The position numbers and the translations under genes are program-made. A model generated the notes under the pieces. It had not been told where the DNA came from and ran no database searches. It saw nothing but the letters and a program-made list of their open reading frames with translations. Positions 1 to 9,139 of a DNA stretch of 64,000 nucleotides are shown in pieces. The stretch lies in NCBI GenBank assembly GCA_016235455.1, contig JACRKZ010000051.1, positions 1 through 64,000 on the forward strand. The letters run 5' to 3'. The number at the start of each line of letters is the position of its first letter. Position 1 is the stretch's first letter. Source of the stretch: Armatimonadota bacterium (GTDB lineage Bacteria; Armatimonadota; UBA10988).

Positions 1-137
1 AGGCGGGGGCGGGGTTTGGCGGCGATGGCAATCGGGTGGTGCTGTTGGACGACGAGGGTGCCATGCCGCTGGAGCCGGGCGCCAAGCTGAGCGTCGGGCA
101 GAGCGTGCTCGACTGGGTCGTGCGGCGGCTGGGGTGA
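1..137 (+). CDS. coaBC: 3' end (partial) of bifunctional phosphopantothenoylcysteine decarboxylase/ligase CoaBC
   Basis: Frame from base 3 reads AGAGFGGDGNRVVLLDDEGAMPLEPGAKLSVGQSVLDWVVRRLG*, stop TGA 135-137. This matches the CoaB C-terminal GFGsDxNxVxL...K motif, and coaBC commonly precedes priA. Confidence 0.75.
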   Translation, partial: AGAGFGGDGNRVVLLDDEGAMPLEPGAKLSVGQSVLDWVVRRLG

Positions 138-213
138 GTGGACGCCTCTGGTGGCACCGGCATCCTCGCCTCATCGTTACCCACAAGCGCCGTTCGGGTC
201 CGCACCTGCCAGC

Positions 214-462
214 GGTCGGCCCCAGACTGGTTACGCTGAGCCAGCTTCGCTGGCGGCGGCTCCCGCGCGGCATCAAATGCGGCTGTGCTACGCCGATGAT
301 GCAGGCCTCCGGCCGCGGACAGTGGGGCGCGGTCGCTCGCGATGGCCACTCGGGGTACCGGCACTGGTTCGGGCCGGCACGCCCAACGAACAGCCCCAAT
401 TGCGCAAGGGAGCCGCATTTGGTGCCGCGCTAGAGCGCGGCGTAACCAGTCTGTGGCCGACC
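214..462. repeat. Nested inverted repeats (23-bp outer pair, 20-bp inner pair)
   Basis: ggtcggccccagactggttacgc (214-236) pairs with gcgtaaccagtctgtggccgacc (440-462), 1 mismatch. gcgcggcatcaaatgcggct (265-284) pairs with agccgcatttggtgccgcgc (411-430), 1 mismatch. Confidence 0.85.
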
Positions 463-572
463 ACAGGCGGAATGAGATCCCACCGGCACGACCGATCTGG
501 TCTCGGCATTCGAGGCAGCCGCACTTGTCGTTACCCACAAATGCGAGAGCGGTTGTGCGAGGGGTCGTTGCT

Positions 573-730
573 CGTTTGTTGTCCCGCCTTCAGGAGGCTG
601 GCCAACAGCGCCGCTCAAGCGGAACAGCCTCGTGGCCGCGGTGCGAGCAGAGCCGTGCTCCGGCCGGCAACCAGGCCTGACAGCCCGGGCTGAGGTGTTG
701 GGAAGCCGCCTAAAGGCGGGACAACAAACG
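573..730. repeat. REP/REPIN-like 27-bp inverted repeat pair
   Basis: cgtttgttgtcccgccttcaggaggct (573-599) pairs with agccgcctaaaggcgggacaacaaacg (704-730), 2 mismatches. Each arm carries a small internal palindrome, as REP units do. Confidence 0.8.
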
Positions 731-856
731 TGTGCGACTTGCCGGCCAGGCCGCCCGGGCATTTGTGGGTGATGATGAGGCATCCTCGCCGCTGGTGGGG
801 TTGGGCCGCGGCGCCAGGACTGACCGCTCGGTCAGTGCTTAGCCAGGTTTGGGCCC

Positions 857-3703
857 TTACTCAGCCAGTAAGCCCTGTATCGTCGATGTGGCCTCCTCGT
901 CCGTCTTGCCCTTGGCCCGCAGAAGGGCGCGGTAGTTCGTGATGGCGGCGCGGAGATGCGGGTGCTCGTGGCCCGTTGACTGCGCTGTACCGAGCATGAT
1001 TGCGAGGTTCCGCCGCATCAGCGGCTCGGCGTCCCCAAGGCGATTTGCGGCCCAGTAGAGCATGGCCAGGTTGTTGAGGTCGCGCGCCACCGACGGGTGG
1101 CGGTGGCCCATTCGGTGCTCATCGATGGCGAGCGCCTCCTGCATCAGGGGCTCGGCCTCCGAAGTGCGCCCCAGTGCGTGTAGAACCGCCGCCACGTTGC
1201 CAAGGCTGGTGGCCGTGTCCGGGTGGTGGCGGCCGAAGCAGGCCACCGTGTGCTCTAGCGCTCGCTGCGCCAGCGGCAGGGCCTCCTCGAATCGGTGTTG
1301 CTCGTATAGGCACGTCGCGAGATTGCCTAGATGGATGGCCAGATTCGGATGGCTGTCGGTGTAGACCGCGGCATCGATATCCACTGCTCTCCGCAGCAAC
1401 ACCTCTGCCTCAGCCAGTTGGCCGCGGTCGCTGACCATCACGGCGAGACCGCTCAGGCGTTCTGCCACGAGCGGGTGCCGCGCGCCGACCCTAGCCTCGT
1501 CGATCCTTAACGCCCGCCGCAGCAGGCGCTCCGCCTCGTCTGCTCGCATCGTGTTGCGCAGGAGCACTGCGAGGTTGTTGAGGCCGATCGCGGTCTCCTC
1601 GCTGTCGGGCCCGCACTGGCTCTCGTCGATGGCAAGAGCCCGCCGCAGCAGTTGCTCGGCCTCGGCCAGATGGTTCGTCCGTTGGAGCACTTGGGCCAGG
1701 TTGCTCAGAGCGACAGCGACCGACCGGTGCTGTGCGCCGTGCTCGGCGAGCCTAAGGTCGAGCGCTCGCCGCAGCAGGTACTCCGACGCTGCATACTCGG
1801 CAAGGTTCATGGCGGCAAGCCCGGCTTGGTTGATCACCCAAGCCCGTTGGCCGTGACCAATGGAGTCCCATAGGCCGGCCAACGCCACCAAGCAGACGAT
1901 CTCCCATCTTGCCTCAGAGGGGCGCGATTCGGCTCGGAGGACGGCATCGCGCGACTTCACCAAGTCATCGACGGCCGCCTGCCGCGCCGGCACATCCATC
2001 CCGCGCCGGACCAGTGCCTGCACCATCCGGTGCACCCGCACGATGCGCGGCTGGTTGCCCTCGTCTTCGACCAGGGTTAGCAGGCAGAGGTCACACAAGC
2101 TCCGCCACAGCGCCGCCCACGGGTCGGCCAGACCGCCAGGATCACCCAAAGCCGGGAAGTCAGCCACCAGCAGCTCGCGCAGCCACGGCAGGGCACAGCG
2201 ATCGGGCGGCAGCAACGCGGCATACTCCATCAGCCTTCGCTGCTCAGCGCTCAGCCCTGCGAGCAGCGGCCCGAGTACCGCGCTCAGTCGCCGCTCGTGG
2301 TTGTGCCGGACCAACTCAGCGCTGGTCTCCTCGGCCATGTCCTCCAGTTCGTCCACGTCGAGGTGGTCTGCAAGCCGTTGGTAGCTGCTGCTGCCGCGGT
2401 TCGCGCGGAGCCAGGCTGCCGCCAGCTCCACGGCCAGTGCGAAGCCACCCAAGAGGTGCACCACGCGCCGCGCCGCCGTGGCGTCCTCATCGCTGGTGAT
2501 GGGCACGAACTTGCCCATCAATTCATATGCCTCGTCCTCGCGCAGCCGGTCCAGGCGCAACCAGTTGTCACCGACACGACCCGCTGGCACGAGGCGGGTG
2601 GTGGCCAGCAGATGCAGTTGCCGGCCGAGCACCGTCAGATTCTCGGTCTGCTCGCGACCGAGTAGCGCCAGGTCGCTGACGTTGTCGAGCACCAACAGCG
2701 CCGGTCCCAACGTCTCCAGCCTCTCGCGCAGGCAGCGACCGACCATGGCGTAGAAGGCCGCCGGGTCCGTGCGCTGCTGGTCCGTGATGCGGTCGGCAAA
2801 GAGCGATGTGAAGCTGTGCTGCGACAGCACCGCATCACGCAAGCTCTGATGGCGTTCGCAGCCTATGAGGAAGCGGCCGCCCGGATAGTCGGCGGCGAAG
2901 GCATGGGCGTAGGCGAAGGCCAGCTCGGTCTTGCCAATGCCGCCCAGGCCGTGGACGCCGTAGATGACGCCTGTGCGGTCGTCGCGCAGCATCTGCTCGC
3001 GCAGTTCAAGCAATTCGTCGAGGCGGCCGGTGAAGCAGGGGTTGTAGCCCGGCACGGTCGACAGACTGGAGTCAGCCTGTGCCACTCGCGCAGCGTGGCG
3101 GTCGACATCGTGGGCCAACTCGTCGAGCACCTGGCGCAGGTCCGCATGTTGCAGCGCTTCGCCGCCGAGGCCATAGAACGCGGTCGCGTCCACCGCCGGC
3201 GCGCTGGGACTCATCTGGCGGCGGCGGAGGTGCTGGACCACCGCCGGAGTCTCGGCCAACATGACCGCGCGAGCGGAGCCGGTCAGGCCGGTCAGGTCGG
3301 CCACGGCCGCCGCTACCGCCTGGTCGTCCAGGTAGCCTTCGCCGATGAGGCCGGGCACGCGCACAATGTAGATCGGTCTTGCGCCCGACGTCAGGATTTG
3401 CTTGGCGACTTCTGCTTCCAGCCAGGCTCTCCACTCCCGGCGGCACCACTCGCTGGCCAGGTAGTTCGGCGAGATGAAGGCCAAGAGCAGCTTTGCATGG
3501 TGGAGGCCGTTGGTCAGAGTGTGCCGCCAGTCGTTGCCAGTGCGGATGTCGCTCAGATCGAAGAACGGCCGCAACTCGCGCTCGGGCGCGAAGCTGCGGT
3601 GCTCGGCGAGCAGTGCGTCGATGAAGGCGGCGATCCAACCGTCTCGATTGTCGGCACGGGCGTAGGAGACGAAGAAGTCGTAGCAGTCCAGCGTCTCGGC
3701 CAT
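857..3703 (-). CDS. TIR domain - NB-ARC/STAND NTPase - TPR repeat protein (NLR-like), 948 aa
   Basis: N-terminal TIR motifs YDFFVSYARAD...ISPNYLASEWCRREW. Walker A GLGGIGKT, Walker B LLVLDNV, sensor LLATTR, GFALA and VHRMVQ motifs. About eight 42-aa TPR repeats (LSNLAQVL, LNNLAVLL, LGNLATCL, LNNLAMLY). Confidence 0.92.
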   Translation of the reverse strand: MAETLDCYDFFVSYARADNRDGWIAAFIDALLAEHRSFAPERELRPFFDLSDIRTGNDWRHTLTNGLHHAKLLLAFISPNYLASEWCRREWRAWLEAEVAKQILTSGARPIYIVRVPGLIGEGYLDDQAVAAAVADLTGLTGSARAVMLAETPAVVQHLRRRQMSPSAPAVDATAFYGLGGEALQHADLRQVLDELAHDVDRHAARVAQADSSLSTVPGYNPCFTGRLDELLELREQMLRDDRTGVIYGVHGLGGIGKTELAFAYAHAFAADYPGGRFLIGCERHQSLRDAVLSQHSFTSLFADRITDQQRTDPAAFYAMVGRCLRERLETLGPALLVLDNVSDLALLGREQTENLTVLGRQLHLLATTRLVPAGRVGDNWLRLDRLREDEAYELMGKFVPITSDEDATAARRVVHLLGGFALAVELAAAWLRANRGSSSYQRLADHLDVDELEDMAEETSAELVRHNHERRLSAVLGPLLAGLSAEQRRLMEYAALLPPDRCALPWLRELLVADFPALGDPGGLADPWAALWRSLCDLCLLTLVEDEGNQPRIVRVHRMVQALVRRGMDVPARQAAVDDLVKSRDAVLRAESRPSEARWEIVCLVALAGLWDSIGHGQRAWVINQAGLAAMNLAEYAASEYLLRRALDLRLAEHGAQHRSVAVALSNLAQVLQRTNHLAEAEQLLRRALAIDESQCGPDSEETAIGLNNLAVLLRNTMRADEAERLLRRALRIDEARVGARHPLVAERLSGLAVMVSDRGQLAEAEVLLRRAVDIDAAVYTDSHPNLAIHLGNLATCLYEQHRFEEALPLAQRALEHTVACFGRHHPDTATSLGNVAAVLHALGRTSEAEPLMQEALAIDEHRMGHRHPSVARDLNNLAMLYWAANRLGDAEPLMRRNLAIMLGTAQSTGHEHPHLRAAITNYRALLRAKGKTDEEATSTIQGLLAE

Positions 3704-3798
3704 GGCGAGAGACCCCCTCGCCGCGCAGGTTCGACCTGCGTCTGGCCGATCCTTCAGCGAGTCCGCCCGGGCACGGTTGGCCTATTGCGCTGAGCAGG

Positions 3799-3810
3799 TA
3801 TCCTAGTCCC
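3799..3810 (+). promoter_or_regulatory. Probable -10 element of a leaderless priA transcript
   Basis: TATCCT (3799-3804), 6 nt, then ATG at 3811; no Shine-Dalgarno sequence. Confidence 0.4.
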
Positions 3811-6300
3811 ATGGCCGACCGCTACGCCCAGATCACCATCGACCGCCAGGCCGCCTCCCTGGACCGGCCGTTCACCTACCGCATCCCGCCGCGCCTGGCC
3901 GGCGTGCTGGAGTTGGGCGCGTACGTGCTCGTGCCGTTCGGCCGGCAGCCGCTGTGCGGGTTCGTCACCGGTTTCGCCGACAACCCCGGCGAGCTCGACC
4001 CCGAGCAGATCCGCGACGTCGAGGCCGTGCTCGGCGAGATGGCCTTCTTCGATCAGGCGCTGCTGTCGGTCGCCCAGCGCATGGCCGACTACTATCGCTG
4101 CCACCTGATCGACGTGCTGCGCTGCGCACTGCCCGAGGGGCTGACCCAGAAGGTCGAGCGGGTCGTGTCGTGGAGCGGCAACGAGGACCTGGACAAGGCG
4201 GTGACCAAGCTCGAACAGGCCGCGCCGGCCCAGGCCAAGGTGGTGCAGGCCATCAGAGCGCGCGGCGGCAGTGTCACCATGACCGAGCTCAAGGAGCTGT
4301 TCGACAGCAGCTCGCGGCTCAGCGGGCTCCTCTCGGCGCTGCGCGAGCATGGGCTGATCGACACGGAGACCGTGCTCGAAGCGCCCCGCGTGCAGCCCAA
4401 GAAGACCCTCACCGCCGCGCTCACCCAGCCGCCAGAGGTCATCGAGGACCAACTGGCCGACCTGCGAAAGCAGGCGCCCAAGCAGGCCCGCATCCTTGAA
4501 CTGCTACTGGCCGCGGGCCGACCGGTGGTGGTGGCCGACCTGGTCAAGGCGGCCGAGACCTCGCACGCCGCGGTGCGGCAGCTCGAACTCAAGGACCTGC
4601 TGCACACGGTGCAGGTGGAGAGCAACCGCATGGTGGCCGGCTCGGGGCTGCTCAGCGGCGACCGCAAGCACACGCTGACCGTGCAGCAGGAGGCGGCCCT
4701 GGCCACCATCGCCGCCGAGCTGAGCGCCGACCCGCCGCGGCCCATTCTGCTGCACGGCGTCACCGCCAGCGGCAAGACCGAGGTCTACCTGCGCGCCATC
4801 GCCGATGTGCTCGAGCGCGGCAAGCAGGTCATCGTGCTGGTGCCCGAGATCTCGCTGACGGTGCAGACCATCGAGATCTTCCGCAACCGCTTTGGCGACC
4901 GCGTGGCCATTCTGCACTCGGCGCTGAGCGCCGGCGAGCGGTTCGACGAGTGGCGGCGCGTGGCGCGCGGGCAGGTGGACATCTGCGTCGGCGCGCGGTC
5001 GGCCATCTTCGCGCCGTTCCGCAACCTGGGCATGATCGTCATCGACGAGGAACATGAGCCTAGCTACAAGCAGGAGTCGACGCCGCGCTACCATGCGCGT
5101 CAGGTGGCGCTGTGGCGCGCCGAGCGCACCGGCGCGGCCATCCTGCTGGGTAGCGCCACGCCGTCGGTGGAGAGCTACTGGCACGCCCGCCAGGGCCGCT
5201 ACGCGCTGGTCGAGATGACCGAGCGCGTGGGCGGCCGGCCCTTTGCCGAAGTGGAGACCGTCGACCTGCGGGAGACGCGGCAGCGCGGTCCGCAGCACTC
5301 GCCCGGCCCGGTCCACCATCGGTTGCTCGACGGCATCCGCGAACGCATCGAGAAGGGCGAGCAGGTCATCTTGTTCCTCAACCGGCGCGGGTATGCACCC
5401 GTGCTGCAGTGCACCAAGTGCGGCCATGTGGTGCTCTGCGAGCACTGTGATGTGTCGCTGGTCTACCACTCCGAGAGCCGCATGCTCTGTTGTCACCATT
5501 GCGACTACCAGGTACCGGTGCCAGAGACCTGCCTGGAATGCGGCGAGGACGGCCTCAAGCACGTCGGCTTCGGCACCGAGCGGCTGGAGAGCTGGCTGGC
5601 CACGGTGCTGCCCGAGGCGCGCGTGCTGCGGCTGGACCGCGATACGACGCGGCGCAAGAACGCCCACGGTACCATCCTGGGCCAGTTTCGCCGCAAGGAA
5701 GCCGATGTGCTGCTGGGCACGCAGATGGTGGCCAAGGGCCTCGACTTCGACAGCGTCACCCTGGTCGGCGTCATCGCCGCCGACGTGGCGCTCAACCTGC
5801 CCGACTTCCGCGCCGCCGAACGCACCTTCCAGTTGCTCTGTCAGGTGGCCGGCCGCGCCGGCCGTGGCGACCGGCGTGGGGTGGTGGTCATCCAGACCTA
5901 CAACCCCGACCATCCCGCGGTGCGCGCGGCCATGCGTCAGGACTACCACGCGTTCTACGAGAGCGAGATTCGCGACCGCGAGGAATCCGGCTATCCGCCG
6001 TTCTTCAGCCTGGCGCGGCTGGTGGTCAGCCACGAGCACGAGTATGAAGCGCAACGCCGCTCCGAGATCCTCGCCGCGCGCTGCGCCGAGGCGTTCGGCG
6101 CGGCCAAGGCCTGGGGCGAACTGCTGGGGCCGGCGCCGGCGCCGCTGAGCAAGCTGCACGACAAGTTCCGCTACCACATGGTCATCAAGGTGCCCGGCCC
6201 CGCCATGCTGCAACTGGTCATGGAAGCGCTCGACGCCCGCATCACCGGCGACCTGCGCGAGGGCCTGACCATCGACGTCGATCCGGTCAGCCTGATGTGA
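3811..6300 (+). CDS. priA: Primosomal protein N' (replication restart helicase), 829 aa
   Basis: FTYRIP...VLVPFG N-terminus, HGVTASGKTEVY, DEEH, LNRRGY, two zinc-finger Cys clusters, GTQMVAKGLDF, QVAGRAGR, C-terminal IDVDP. Confidence 0.98.
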   Translation: MADRYAQITIDRQAASLDRPFTYRIPPRLAGVLELGAYVLVPFGRQPLCGFVTGFADNPGELDPEQIRDVEAVLGEMAFFDQALLSVAQRMADYYRCHLIDVLRCALPEGLTQKVERVVSWSGNEDLDKAVTKLEQAAPAQAKVVQAIRARGGSVTMTELKELFDSSSRLSGLLSALREHGLIDTETVLEAPRVQPKKTLTAALTQPPEVIEDQLADLRKQAPKQARILELLLAAGRPVVVADLVKAAETSHAAVRQLELKDLLHTVQVESNRMVAGSGLLSGDRKHTLTVQQEAALATIAAELSADPPRPILLHGVTASGKTEVYLRAIADVLERGKQVIVLVPEISLTVQTIEIFRNRFGDRVAILHSALSAGERFDEWRRVARGQVDICVGARSAIFAPFRNLGMIVIDEEHEPSYKQESTPRYHARQVALWRAERTGAAILLGSATPSVESYWHARQGRYALVEMTERVGGRPFAEVETVDLRETRQRGPQHSPGPVHHRLLDGIRERIEKGEQVILFLNRRGYAPVLQCTKCGHVVLCEHCDVSLVYHSESRMLCCHHCDYQVPVPETCLECGEDGLKHVGFGTERLESWLATVLPEARVLRLDRDTTRRKNAHGTILGQFRRKEADVLLGTQMVAKGLDFDSVTLVGVIAADVALNLPDFRAAERTFQLLCQVAGRAGRGDRRGVVVIQTYNPDHPAVRAAMRQDYHAFYESEIRDREESGYPPFFSLARLVVSHEHEYEAQRRSEILAARCAEAFGAAKAWGELLGPAPAPLSKLHDKFRYHMVIKVPGPAMLQLVMEALDARITGDLREGLTIDVDPVSLM

Positions 6301-6431
6301 CCGTTGCTCTATCGATACCACTCGCGCCGCGATACACAATGCCGCAACAGTCCATCTCAGAATCGCGATCTCGATGCTAGACTGTCTCCCGATGGACTGG
6401 TCAGACGGAATGACCAGCCGAGGAGTACCCG

Positions 6432-7082
6432 ATGCGTCGTAAGGGCTTTACCCTGATTGAGTTGTTGGTGGTGATCGCGATCATCGCGATTCTGGCCGCC
6501 ATCTTGTTCCCGGTCTTCGCCAAGGCGCGCGAAAAGGCGCGCACATCGTCCTGCCAGAGCAACCTCAAGCAGTTGTCGATTGGTCTGTTGCAGTACGTGC
6601 AGGACTACGATGAGACGCTGCCCAAGCGCTACTTCGCTGCCGAAGCGCAGTCCTGGCGTGTGGTCATGCAGCCGTACCTCAAGAGTGATCAAGTCTTCCG
6701 CTGCCCGTCCAACACGAGCAACAACAACGTCAGTCTGGACGGCGTGATCCGCTGCTCCTATGGTGCCAACGGCCAGGACAACCAGAACACGCCGTTGAAC
6801 CGCAATGCGACCGTGGCCTTGGCCGCGATCGATGCGCCGGCGCAGTTGATCATGGTGGCCGAGACCACGCGTACGTGGAGCGAAGCGCCGATCATGACCA
6901 ACAGCGGCAATAGCTTCTACGCCGGCCACAGCGGCATGGGCAACTTCGCCTTCGCCGACGGCCATGTCAAGACCATGAAGTGGTCGTCGACCGGCACGCC
7001 GGCCAACCTGTGGCAGCTCGGCGCCCAGGGCGCGGCCGCGACGTTCATGACCAACCTGAGCGGTGTCGACAGCGTCTACTGA
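6432..7082 (+). CDS. Prepilin-type N-terminal cleavage/methylation protein, DUF1559 / H-X9-DG family, 216 aa
   Basis: RKG|[38 protein letters not shown]-terminal [16 protein letters not shown]; SD gaggag upstream. Confidence 0.95.
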   Translation: MRRKGFTLIELLVVIAIIAILAAILFPVFAKAREKARTSSCQSNLKQLSIGLLQYVQDYDETLPKRYFAAEAQSWRVVMQPYLKSDQVFRCPSNTSNNNVSLDGVIRCSYGANGQDNQNTPLNRNATVALAAIDAPAQLIMVAETTRTWSEAPIMTNSGNSFYAGHSGMGNFAFADGHVKTMKWSSTGTPANLWQLGAQGAAATFMTNLSGVDSVY

Positions 7083-7111
7083 TAGGCTGCTGTCGGCCTG
7101 ACTGAGGGCCC

Positions 7112-7148
7112 GAGGCGGTGGACCGCAAGGTCCGCCGCCTCTGTGTTT
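7112..7148 (+). terminator. Rho-independent terminator after the first prepilin-like gene
   Basis: Stem gaggcggtggacc-gcaa-ggtccgccgcctc followed by tgtgttt. Confidence 0.7.
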
Positions 7149-7189
7149 GGGGACACGGCTTGCGCCTGGTTGGCGCCTGGGTATGGCCC

Positions 7190-7226
7190 AAAAAGGAGAG
7201 GGGCCGCGGCATGGCCGCGGCCCCTC
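7190..7226 (-). terminator. Rho-independent terminator after the second prepilin-like gene
   Basis: Perfect stem gaggggccgcggc-atg-gccgcggcccctc (7198-7226), with an A-run at 7190-7194 that forms the U-tract on the minus strand. Confidence 0.8.
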
Positions 7227-7258
7227 TTCGCTTGCGCCTCAGGTGAGGGCGGCAGGGA

Positions 7259-7978
7259 TCAGTACAAGGCTTCCAGGGCGGCAGCGCGCGGCTGGAACGC
7301 GGCTACGACGGTGTCGTAGTTGATGCGCTCGGTGTCGCCGGGGTCACCACCGACGCTGTTGAACCAGCCCCAGTAGTTGAACGTCGACATGGTGGCGGTC
7401 GGCTTCATGGTCTTGACGTGGCCGTCGCAGAACAGGAAGTTGGACGTGCCGTTGTGACCGGCGAAGCCCCACGACGGGTACTGCGTGCCGGCGTCCCAGT
7501 CGAGCCAGACGCAGTCGATGTGGGTCTCGGTGCGCAGTTCGCCCATCAGGATCTTCTGGGCGGGGCCGCGGTTGGCGGCCAGCGGGTAGGGCCGATCGCC
7601 CCACCAGCCGTCGGGGGCGATGACACGGCAGTTGACGCCGTAGCCGCCCGGCACGGCCGGGTAGTTGGCCGTACCGTTGGTGTGGTTGACCTTCGAGGCC
7701 ACGTTGGACGGGCAAGCGAAGACCTGCGTGCTCTTGAGGTACGGGCTGATGACTTGGAAGCAGCTGCCCGACGGATTGGTCATCTGCGGCCAGGTCTCAT
7801 CGTAGTCCTGCACGTACTGCATGAACCCGATGCCGATTTGCTTCTGGTTGCTCTGGCAACTCGACGTGCGAGCCTTTTCACGTGCCTTGGCGAAGACCGG
7901 GAACAGGATCGCGGCGAGGATCGCGATGATAGCGATCACGACCAGCAACTCGATGAGGGTGAACCCCTTGCGCTTCAT
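7259..7978 (-). CDS. Prepilin-type DUF1559 / H-X9-DG protein, 239 aa
   Basis: Start moved to MKRKG|FTLIELL (SD caggag); FACPS; [16 protein letters not shown]. Confidence 0.95.
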   Translation of the reverse strand: MKRKGFTLIELLVVIAIIAILAAILFPVFAKAREKARTSSCQSNQKQIGIGFMQYVQDYDETWPQMTNPSGSCFQVISPYLKSTQVFACPSNVASKVNHTNGTANYPAVPGGYGVNCRVIAPDGWWGDRPYPLAANRGPAQKILMGELRTETHIDCVWLDWDAGTQYPSWGFAGHNGTSNFLFCDGHVKTMKPTATMSTFNYWGWFNSVGGDPGDTERINYDTVVAAFQPRAAALEALY

Positions 7979-8028
7979 TGAGTTCTCCTGCGGCGTGTCC
8001 TGCATCCTCGCAGGTGCCACATGGTGTG

Positions 8029-8058
8029 ATTATATCCTAGCCAGTCATGGTTCGCCAA
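8029..8058 (-). promoter_or_regulatory. Sigma70-like promoter for the 7259-7978 gene
   Basis: Minus strand TTGGCG-N18-TATAAT, about 50 nt upstream of the ATG. Confidence 0.5.
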
Positions 8059-8322
8059 GTGCCGCTTTCGCACTGGAACGGGGTCATGGCGGCGGCCGGC
8101 CGGCCCTGCACACTACTACCGGCATCGCTGCCGCTGTGGCGCAGCCGCGACGGGCGGCGGCGTCTCGCCGCGGTCCGTCTGGCAGGCCATGCAGTCGGGT
8201 CGCGCAGCCTGGTCACGCGGGTGCGCCACCGCCCCGGAGCGGGCATCGCCAGGCGCCGCCCAAACCGCAACGGCGGCGAGACCGGGCCCGCCGCCGTTGC
8301 TCTCGTACGCCCGCTGCTGGCG

Positions 8323-8979
8323 CTAGGGGAAGAGTGTCTGCAAGTAGTTGACGCCGTCCCGATAGAGGATGTCGGGCGCCTGTGTGCAGTCGTCGCGGTA
8401 GATGCTCGACATGTTGAACGGGGTCATGGTCGCCGACGGCTTCATCAGCTTCACGTGGCCGTCGAAGAACAGGATGTTCCACTGCGAGGTGTGGCCGGCA
8501 AAGCCCACGCCGAACGTGTTGACACCCCACCACTGCGACCCGAAGTCGTCCCAGCCCATGTTGCGGGTCTCGACCAGCAGCATCTTCTGCGACGGCTTGT
8601 CGATCGCCGCCAGCCTCATGAAGCTGCCGTTGCTCCAGGTCTGGTCGTTGTTGTTGTTGTAGGTGTAGTGGGTCAGCACGCCATTCTGGGTGTTCGTCGA
8701 GGTGTTCGACGGACAGGCCCAGATCTGCGTGCTCTTGATGTACGGGGTCAGCAGGTTGCGGAAGTTGGTGCCGCCCATGCTGCGATTGGGATACGTCTCG
8801 TCGTAGTCCTGCACGTACTGGGTGAAGGCCAGGCCGATCTGCTTCTCGTTGGAGGCGCAGCTCGACGTGCGGGCCTTCTCGCGGGCCTTGGCGAAAACGG
8901 GGAAGAGAATGGCGGCCAGGATCGCGATGATCGCGATAACCACCAGCAGTTCGATCAGGGTGAACCCTCGACGCTTCAT
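8323..8979 (-). CDS. Prepilin-type DUF1559 / H-X9-DG protein, 218 aa
   Basis: Start moved to MKRRG|FTLIELL (SD ggag); WACPS; [16 protein letters not shown]. Confidence 0.95.
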   Translation of the reverse strand: MKRRGFTLIELLVVIAIIAILAAILFPVFAKAREKARTSSCASNEKQIGLAFTQYVQDYDETYPNRSMGGTNFRNLLTPYIKSTQIWACPSNTSTNTQNGVLTHYTYNNNNDQTWSNGSFMRLAAIDKPSQKMLLVETRNMGWDDFGSQWWGVNTFGVGFAGHTSQWNILFFDGHVKLMKPSATMTPFNMSSIYRDDCTQAPDILYRDGVNYLQTLFP

Positions 8980-9019
8980 GGTTGTGCTCCGGTAGGGCGC
9001 GCAGACGCACGCTCCATCT

Positions 9020-9030
9020 ATTGTAGCACA
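9020..9030 (-). promoter_or_regulatory. Extended -10 promoter for the 8323-8979 gene
   Basis: Minus strand TGTG-c-TACAAT about 40 nt upstream of the ATG. Confidence 0.45.
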
Positions 9031-9139
9031 CGATTTCCATCGCAGTGGGTCATACTCGCTGCGCGAGTCAATGACCCAAGGTGCACACGGGGCGCAGGCG
9101 TGGCGGCGGGCCATGGCGTCGCTGTGGTACCATCGCGCC

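Larger units (their letters stand above)
169..780. mobile_element. MITE-like non-autonomous element with terminal inverted repeats and apparent target-site duplication
   Basis: cctcatcgttacccacaa (169-186) is the imperfect reverse complement of ttgtgggtgatgatgagg (763-780). It is flanked by the direct repeat catcctcg at 161-168 and 781-788, extendable to ggcatcctcgcc at 159-170 and 779-790. No credible ORF inside. Confidence 0.65.

Noticed and set aside
159-790. Possible CRISPR array
   Set aside because: The repeats are inverted and heterogeneous rather than regularly spaced direct repeats, and no cas genes are present.
134-942. Six short overlapping ORFs (70-180 aa)
   Set aside because: They lie mostly within the palindromic element, have no recognisable motifs, and their mutual similarity comes from the inverted repeats.
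2816-6339. Long antisense ORFs over the TIR gene and priA (325, 232 and 611 aa)
   Set aside because: Expected stop-poor shadow frames in high-GC DNA opposite well-supported genes.
6432-8979. DGR, shufflon or invertible pilin cassette
   Set aside because: No reverse transcriptase or recombinase is present, and the conserved N-termini differ at many synonymous positions, indicating protein-level constraint.
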